Part shown: positions 44,421-50,066 of the stretch, in pieces
How positions within the stretch are numbered: position 1 is the first letter of the stretch
How the letters are laid out: each line of letters starts with the position of its first letter
Origin: an uncultured Eubacteriales bacterium
GTDB lineage: Bacteria; Bacillota; Clostridia; TANB77; RGIG9151
Reading direction: 5' to 3'
NCBI GenBank assembly: GCA_964631135.1
Contig: CAZVVZ010000001.1
Location: 1-50,066, forward strand
DNA length: 50,066 nucleotides
Position numbers and translations under genes: made by a program
The notes under the pieces: generated by a model
Databases searched by the model: none
What the model was told of the DNA's origin: nothing
Seen by the model: only the letters and a program-made list of their open reading frames with translations

Positions 44421-45560
44421 ATGAGAATCAACACTAACCTAATGGCGCTTAATGCGCAGAACAAATTGCGAGTAAATCAGTCAAACGTAGAAAAATCAAT
44501 CCAGAAGTTATCTTCAGGAATGAGAATCAACAGTGCTGCTGATGATGCTGCGGGATTAGCGATTAGTGAGAAGATGCGTGCTCAAATCCGAGGTCTAAAG
44601 CAAGCTCAGGATAATGCGCAAGATGGTATCTCATTAATCCAAACCGCAGAAGGTGCATTGCAGCAAACGACTGACATTTTACAAAGAATGAGGGAGCTTG
44701 TAATAAAGGCGCAAAACACCGGTGTATTGACAGACAACGATAGAACATCTATTACGAGTGAGCTTAGTACACTACGTGATGAAATTGATAGAATAGCGAC
44801 TTCAACGACCTTTAACTCAAAGAAATTGTTAGATGGTGAACTTGCAGTTCAAAGGGCAGAAAATGGTGGCACATTTGATGCCGGTATAGTGGATGTTGTA
44901 AATGCGAATACAGGTACAACGTATACGATAACTGCTAAAGAAGGAGAACGTGCATACGTTAGTTTTACTGATCCGGAAACCGGTAATACGATAAGTTATG
45001 TATCCGATATAGTGATGACAAAAACAGTTACCGGAAAAATAAACTTTTCTGATGCGGGAATTATAGTTAATTTCTGGAGAAATGAAGTATCACTGGAAAG
45101 TCTGAACGGTAAAACGATAGTAACAGCTGATGATTCCTTCGGTATTAAGGCAGATTTTAAGATTGGAGCCAACACATATTCCGAAGACATTTTAGCAATA
45201 GGAATAGGCGATATGTCATCGATAGGACTGAATGTTAAAAATGATGGGGCAAAATTTTCAATAGATATTTCTACTGCGAGCTCTGCCAACGATGTCCTAG
45301 ATGCTGTTGATTTCGCCTTGGATGCGGTAGCTTCTCAGAGAGGAACACTTGGAGCTATACAAAATCGAATGGAATATGCGATAAGTAATTTAAGTGCTAC
45401 CGAAGAAAACTTGAGTGCAGCCGAATCACGTATCCGTGATGTCGACATGTCTGCAGAGATGGTTAAGTACACAAAGAATAACATACTAAATCAATCTGCT
45501 ATGGCGATGTTGGCACAGGCAAATCAACAGCCTCAACAAGTCTTGACTTTATTACAATAA
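44421..45560 (+). CDS. fliC: Flagellin paralog 4 (visibly more G/C-ending codons in the conserved N-terminal part)
   Basis: The start is taken at MRINTNLMALNAQNKL after caaggagga. Conserved termini. Confidence 0.93.
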   Translation: MRINTNLMALNAQNKLRVNQSNVEKSIQKLSSGMRINSAADDAAGLAISEKMRAQIRGLKQAQDNAQDGISLIQTAEGALQQTTDILQRMRELVIKAQNTGVLTDNDRTSITSELSTLRDEIDRIATSTTFNSKKLLDGELAVQRAENGGTFDAGIVDVVNANTGTTYTITAKEGERAYVSFTDPETGNTISYVSDIVMTKTVTGKINFSDAGIIVNFWRNEVSLESLNGKTIVTADDSFGIKADFKIGANTYSEDILAIGIGDMSSIGLNVKNDGAKFSIDISTASSANDVLDAVDFALDAVASQRGTLGAIQNRMEYAISNLSATEENLSAAESRIRDVDMSAEMVKYTKNNILNQSAMAMLAQANQQPQQVLTLLQ

Positions 45561-45569
45561 TTAAAGTAA

Positions 45570-45598
45570 TCCCGAGAGAAATCTCGGGAATTTTTTTT
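45570..45598 (+). terminator. Rho-independent terminator of the flagellin array
   Basis: tcccgagagaaatctcggga followed by atttttttt. Confidence 0.85.
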
Positions 45599-45672
45599 GC
45601 CTTTTACTTTTATTTGGGAAAAAAATACGATAATATATACATAGGAAAAACTAAAAACAAAGGAGAACGACT

Positions 45673-46683
45673 ATGGAAGATTTAAAAACAAAAGAAAATA
45701 ACATAAAAAAAGCGAAAAGAAAAATAATGCTTATTTCTGTGGTGTTAACACTTATTATTGTACTAGCAACAGTAATAGTAATATTTTCTTTAAATAAATC
45801 CGGCAATAATAGTTACACTGTCCCCAATTCATATAAATTTTCCGGGAATATTTTAAGTACGGCTTCGGTTTCTTCGGAGATATCGCTGGTAATAGAAGAA
45901 AAGGACAATTTATTATACGGTATTACACTTAAAAATAATGAACTTGTTTCGCAAAAAGTTCTAAGTAATAATATAGACTATAGTGAAATAACTGACTTTG
46001 GAGTAGTATTATCAGAATATAATAACGACAAAAATAAAGATTTTACATACATTTATGATAAATCAGATAATGGGTACATATATAAATTTTATAGTATTGA
46101 TAGTGCAGGAAACATAGCTGATTTAGAAATAGAGAATACAACGGTAGATTCTAAAATGGCTTCTTTAAAGTTTACAAAGTCCGGTGACAAATTTGAATAT
46201 GTAGTACCTATTTTTTATTATGACGGATATAAAGTTTCTGCCGAAATCGGAGAACATAAATTAACGGAAAAAGCAAATGTAAGCAAAAAGACAATATCAA
46301 AGACCAGTAAAATAGCTATTGAAGGAAAGTATAATGCAATTCCCAGAAAATATACGGTTGGAAATGAAATATCAGAATATATCCAGAACGTAAATACATA
46401 CTTAATCGATATATCGAAAAAACAGTGCATTGAAGTTGATTTAGACGGCAATAATGAAAAAGAATATATAATCAGTACCATAAACGATAAAAAAACAAGT
46501 GTAGCTTTATTTGACAGTTCAGCTAATCTTGTAAGTAACATATTAGAAATAATCGGGGAGAAAGAAATAAGCAATATTATTGAGATTGCAGATATAGACA
46601 ATGATGGAATTATGGAAATTATAGCTGTAAAAGATAGTGACACTGTAGAAGTTCATAAGTATAATAACGGATTTTATTATTAA
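45673..46683 (+). CDS. Hypothetical N-terminally anchored extracytoplasmic protein with FG-GAP/VCBS-like Asp-rich motifs
   Basis: 336 aa with SD aaaggaga and a TM helix IMLISVVLTLIIVLATVIVIF. Calcium-binding-like motifs are DLDGNNEKEYI and DIDNDGIMEIIAV. Confidence 0.6.
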   Translation: MEDLKTKENNIKKAKRKIMLISVVLTLIIVLATVIVIFSLNKSGNNSYTVPNSYKFSGNILSTASVSSEISLVIEEKDNLLYGITLKNNELVSQKVLSNNIDYSEITDFGVVLSEYNNDKNKDFTYIYDKSDNGYIYKFYSIDSAGNIADLEIENTTVDSKMASLKFTKSGDKFEYVVPIFYYDGYKVSAEIGEHKLTEKANVSKKTISKTSKIAIEGKYNAIPRKYTVGNEISEYIQNVNTYLIDISKKQCIEVDLDGNNEKEYIISTINDKKTSVALFDSSANLVSNILEIIGEKEISNIIEIADIDNDGIMEIIAVKDSDTVEVHKYNNGFYY

Positions 46684-46710
46684 AAGAGTACGTTAAACAA
46701 AATATAAAAA

Positions 46711-46880
46711 ATTGGTTACTAGTCAGACTGCTGCTATGCGAAAATAATATATATGTTTTATCGGAACTCAGGATTTGCGACGAAAGGCTTTAAAAATACT
46801 GGAAGCCTTTCGGCAAATATTCGTTCCTTTTAAAACATATATATTATTTTCGCATAGTAGCAGTCTGACTAGTAACCAAT
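46711..46880 (+). repeat. T1 long-hairpin repeat, copy G, forward (near-perfect 170-bp foldback)
   Basis: attggttactagtcagactgctgctatgcgaaaataatatatatgttttatcggaactcaggatttgcgacgaaaggctt ... aagcctttcggcaaatattcgttccttttaaaacatatatattattttcgcatagtagcagtctgactagtaaccaat. Confidence 0.9.
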
Positions 46881-46990
46881 TTTTATGTAATAGGAAATTC
46901 CTTAAAAAACAAAGGGGCTTTTCACAGAGGTTGCTGAAAAAGTCCCTTATTTCTATAATACCTTAATATTTTGTCGCGAAGCGACATGAA
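46881..46990 (+). repeat. M3 repeated module, copy Z (contiguous), abutting T1 copy G and the rpoD stop codon
   Basis: It contains ttttatgtaataggaaattcct, ctgaaaaag and ataccttaatattttgtcgcgaagcgacatga. These blocks are shared with 9348-9596, 18548-18621 and 167-192. Confidence 0.6.
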
Positions 46991-46991
46991 G

Positions 46992-48071
46992 TTAATCTAA
47001 GTAGTCTTTTAATTTTTTACTTCTGCTAGGATGACGTAATTTCCTTAAAGCTTTTGCTTCTATCTGACGGATTCTTTCTCTGGTTACTTTAAATACTTTA
47101 CCAACTTCTTCCAAAGTTCTAGCTCTTCCGTCATCAAGGCCAAATCTAAGTTTTAATACTTTCTCTTCTCTAGGTGTTAATGTGCTTAATACATCAACCA
47201 ACTGCTCTTTTAGTAAAGTAAAAGCTGCAGATTCTGCCGGAGCAGGAGCATCATCATCAGGTATAAAGTCACCTAAATGGCTATCTTCCTCTTCACCGAT
47301 AGGAGTATCTATCGAAATAGGCTCTTGAGAAATTTTTTCAATCTCTGCAATTCTTTCAACAGGAAGCTCCATTTCACGAGCCAACTCTTCCGGAGTAGCT
47401 TCACGACCTAGCTGCTGTAATAACTGCCTTTTTATTCTTATCAATTTATTGATTGTTTCCACCATATGAACAGGAACACGTATTGTCCTAGCCTGGTCTG
47501 CTATGGCTCTTGTAATAGCCTGCCTTATCCACCAAGTTGCATAAGTACTGAATTTATAGCCCTTTGTATAGTCAAACTTTTCAACAGCTTTAATAAGTCC
47601 CATATTTCCTTCTTGAATTAAATCCAAGAAAAGCATTCCACGTCCAACATACTTTTTTGCAATACTTACAACAAGACGTAAATTAGCTTCGGCTAATCTT
47701 TTGCGAGCATTCTCATCTCCATTAGCCATATCTTCAGCTAACTTAATTTCTTCCTCCATTGTAAGAAGAGGGACTTTACCGATTTCCTTTAAATACATTC
47801 TGACAGGGTCATCTACACTGGTTCCGTCAGGTAAAGCCATTTCACTGTTTTCAACGTCTAATAATTCTTCACTGAAATTTTCATCAAAATCATCAAGTAT
47901 TTCTATTCCGTTAGATTCGAAAGTTTCGTAAATTTTTTCTATCTGCTCGGGGTCTAAATCAACCCCATCCAGTTCATTCATTATCTGTTCATAAGTAAGT
48001 GAACCTTTGCTTTTTCCTAATTCTATTAGTTTTTTTATACTCTCATTCTTATTAGTTTCTTTTCCTTCCAA
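46992..48071 (-). CDS. rpoD: RNA polymerase primary sigma factor
   Basis: 359 aa with region 2 [27 protein letters not shown] and region 4 [30 protein letters not shown]. Confidence 0.95.
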   Translation of the reverse strand: MEGKETNKNESIKKLIELGKSKGSLTYEQIMNELDGVDLDPEQIEKIYETFESNGIEILDDFDENFSEELLDVENSEMALPDGTSVDDPVRMYLKEIGKVPLLTMEEEIKLAEDMANGDENARKRLAEANLRLVVSIAKKYVGRGMLFLDLIQEGNMGLIKAVEKFDYTKGYKFSTYATWWIRQAITRAIADQARTIRVPVHMVETINKLIRIKRQLLQQLGREATPEELAREMELPVERIAEIEKISQEPISIDTPIGEEEDSHLGDFIPDDDAPAPAESAAFTLLKEQLVDVLSTLTPREEKVLKLRFGLDDGRARTLEEVGKVFKVTRERIRQIEAKALRKLRHPSRSKKLKDYLD

Positions 48072-48073
48072 AA

Positions 48074-49867
48074 TTATTTCCTCCTCTCGGCAGAAACGGA
48101 ATGCAATTTAAAAATCACATCGTTTAGCCTTCTTTCCAATACTTCAGCTTCAGGTCCTTGCGGGTTATCTTTTAAGCTTTTTAAAATTTCATTTTTTTCT
48201 TTTTCTAAGTCAAATTTGCGAAGAATATCAATTGCATCAAAAAGCGCTCTCTCGTTATTATTCCCAAAATTGATATCTTCTTGCATAATTCCTGTAACAA
48301 CATTTATATCATTTTCATCTGAAAATAAATCTATGATATTTTGATGTTTTTGACTTTCAAAATACACATATAATTTTTCGGCCAATTTGCGATATAAATT
48401 AACTCTAAAATTATCATAATTCATATATTTTTTTATAACGTTAAAAATCTTTCTGTCATTCTGGCATAGCAAAAAAATCAATAATTTTTCCGCATCATAT
48501 ACGTTTTTTGGTATGTCAGGTATTTCCAAATTACTTTTTATATTTGAAACCGTATAAGAAGTTTTTACAGGCTTTGCAGCCCCTTTAGATATTTTTTTAT
48601 TTATTTCGGAATATATAGCCTCTATACCTATACCTAATTCGGTTGCAAGTTTATTTATATACAGCTCTCTTTCCATAGAATTACTTATTTTTGCTAAAAC
48701 TTCTGCTGCAGAATTTAAATAAGCTATTTTTCCGTCGGTATTAGATATATCTATATTTTTTTTCAAATTGTCCAGCTTGAATTCCACCAATGTAATAGAT
48801 TTATCCATTAGTTTTTGCATTTTTTCTGCTCCGAATTTATTTACAAACTCGTCCGGATCTTTTGCATCATGTATTTTTAACACTTTTACATTACAACCTA
48901 AAGAGGTTAATATATCTAATCCACGTAAAATGGCATTCTGCCCTGCACCATCTGCATCGTATCCTAAAATTATTTCCGGGACGTATTTTCTCATCAGACG
49001 TCCTTGAGATTCTGTAAGAGCAGTACCTAAAGACGCTACTGCATTAGGAATTCCTGCTTTGTGTAAAGATATGACGTCCATATAGCCTTCTACCATCAAT
49101 AATTTATTCACTTTTGCACGTTTTGCAAAATTCAGTGCATAAATGTTTTTACCTTTATTATAGATAAGAGTTTCAGGAGAGTTCATATATTTAGGAAGTG
49201 AGGTATCAAGAACTCTTCCGCCGAATGCAATTACTCGTTCTTTTATATCAAATATAGGGAACATAAGTCGCTGTCGGAACCTATCTACAAAATTATTTTC
49301 GTTCTGGATTATCAAACCTGAATCTACCATTTCAGTAGTAGTAAACCCTGATTCTTTAAGGTAGTTAAATAAATCATTTTTGTTGCCAAATGCAAAACCT
49401 AATCCAAATTTATTTACGGTTTCGTTGTCCAAATGACGTTTATTTAAATATTCTTGAGCGGGTTTTGCCTCGGGAGAATATAAGTTATTTCTAAAATATT
49501 TTGCAGCTACTAAATTTATCTCAAAAAGTCGCTCTTTATGCTTTATTTTAGTTAAATCTACATTAGAATTATCTTCAGGGAGTGTGATTTTTGCTCTATC
49601 TGCAAGCATTTGAACCGCTTCATAAAAATCTACATTTTCAGTTTGCATTAAGAATTTTATTACATCTCCACCGACTCCACAGCCGAAACAGTGAAAAATC
49701 TGCTTATCCGCGGAAACGGAAAAAGAAGGTGTCTTTTCTTTATGAAAAGGGCAAAGGCCTTTATATGAGGTACCTGTACGTTTTAATGTTACATATTCAC
49801 TAACTATATCTACAATGTCATTTGCTGCTTTTATTTCTTCTATTAAAGACTCCTCTAAAAATGCCAA
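48074..49867 (-). CDS. dnaG: DNA primase
   Basis: 597 aa with zinc finger [14 protein letters not shown]...[10 protein letters not shown] and a TOPRIM block MVEGYMDVI...GYDADGAGQ. It lies immediately upstream of rpoD. Confidence 0.95.
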   Translation of the reverse strand: MAFLEESLIEEIKAANDIVDIVSEYVTLKRTGTSYKGLCPFHKEKTPSFSVSADKQIFHCFGCGVGGDVIKFLMQTENVDFYEAVQMLADRAKITLPEDNSNVDLTKIKHKERLFEINLVAAKYFRNNLYSPEAKPAQEYLNKRHLDNETVNKFGLGFAFGNKNDLFNYLKESGFTTTEMVDSGLIIQNENNFVDRFRQRLMFPIFDIKERVIAFGGRVLDTSLPKYMNSPETLIYNKGKNIYALNFAKRAKVNKLLMVEGYMDVISLHKAGIPNAVASLGTALTESQGRLMRKYVPEIILGYDADGAGQNAILRGLDILTSLGCNVKVLKIHDAKDPDEFVNKFGAEKMQKLMDKSITLVEFKLDNLKKNIDISNTDGKIAYLNSAAEVLAKISNSMERELYINKLATELGIGIEAIYSEINKKISKGAAKPVKTSYTVSNIKSNLEIPDIPKNVYDAEKLLIFLLCQNDRKIFNVIKKYMNYDNFRVNLYRKLAEKLYVYFESQKHQNIIDLFSDENDINVVTGIMQEDINFGNNNERALFDAIDILRKFDLEKEKNEILKSLKDNPQGPEAEVLERRLNDVIFKLHSVSAERRK

Positions 49868-50008
49868 TCAATCTCACCCCACTTATGTCAAAAATATCCC
49901 TAGTTATATTATTATTCTACATAATGCAATAAATTCCTTTTACGTAAACAAAAAAATAGTTACTGCTCAGAGTGATAGCAAAAAATAAAGCAAAATGGGA
50001 AAATTTTC

Positions 50009-50037
50009 TTGCATGGTTTACATAAGTGTGATACAAT
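50009..50037 (+). promoter_or_regulatory. Candidate sigma-A promoter (TTGCAT-N17-TGaTACAAT) for a + strand gene starting just beyond the window
   Basis: ttgcat at 50009, a 17-nt spacer and tacaat at 50032 with an upstream TG. An SD aaaggag follows at the window end. Confidence 0.55.
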
Positions 50038-50066
50038 AGTGTATATCGATATTAAAGGAGTGGAGA

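Noticed and set aside
12-46880. The recurring ~95-nt conserved sequence might have been a CRISPR array or other tandem repeat system.
   Set aside because: The copies are kilobases apart and each lies in a different intergenic region. They occur in both orientations and each is itself a long palindrome. There is no repeat-spacer periodicity and no cas genes.
12-46880. T1/T2 hairpins as ordinary rho-independent terminators.
   Set aside because: Most lack a U-tract on either side. Three (B, D, E) sit between divergently transcribed genes, where no terminator is needed. The conserved non-complementary bubble is not a terminator feature. A read-through-blocking side effect is still possible.
46775-46966. 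63-aa ORF in the 45673-rpoD spacer.
   Set aside because: It lies wholly within T1 copy G and the M3 repeat, has no SD, and the frame is not preserved in other copies.

Overview
This is a low-GC, Clostridia-like Firmicutes chromosomal window, densely coding and almost entirely housekeeping. Gene content in order:
- a polyprenyl-phosphate-sugar-type envelope module (258-5032)
- a MacB-type ABC module with a large secreted repeat protein (5449-9327)
- a complete MarR-headed type II fatty-acid synthesis plus acetyl-CoA carboxylase operon (9709-20708)
- rmuC-tmk on the minus strand
- yaaR-holB-ricT, a TPR protein, trxA, murG
- sporulation-type membrane proteins (ytvI, ylbJ)
- a DUF1538 pair with a P-II-like protein
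- relA-dtd, spoIID-murB-rapZ, a BI-1 protein
- four tandem flagellin paralogs (40618-45560)
- rpoD-dnaG

I saw no rRNA, tRNA, CRISPR array, transposase or integrase.

The signal I cannot explain with ordinary features is non-coding. Nearly every long intergenic spacer holds a copy of one of two related long-hairpin (foldback) repeat families.
- T1 has 7 full copies, one internally deleted copy and solo termini.
- T2 has 2 copies.
- The families have different stems but share one asymmetric internal-loop motif (CTCAGRATT opposite AATATTCG).
- Within each copy the two arms co-vary.
- One T2 copy is flanked by a 12-bp direct repeat that includes the fabZ stop codon.
- One T1 copy interrupts a third repeated module (M3). 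An uninterrupted M3 paralog lies between accC and accD.

I do not recognise either family as a named element. They could be foldback MITEs or structured RNA/ssDNA elements. Coordinates were counted by hand and may be off by 1-2 nt.
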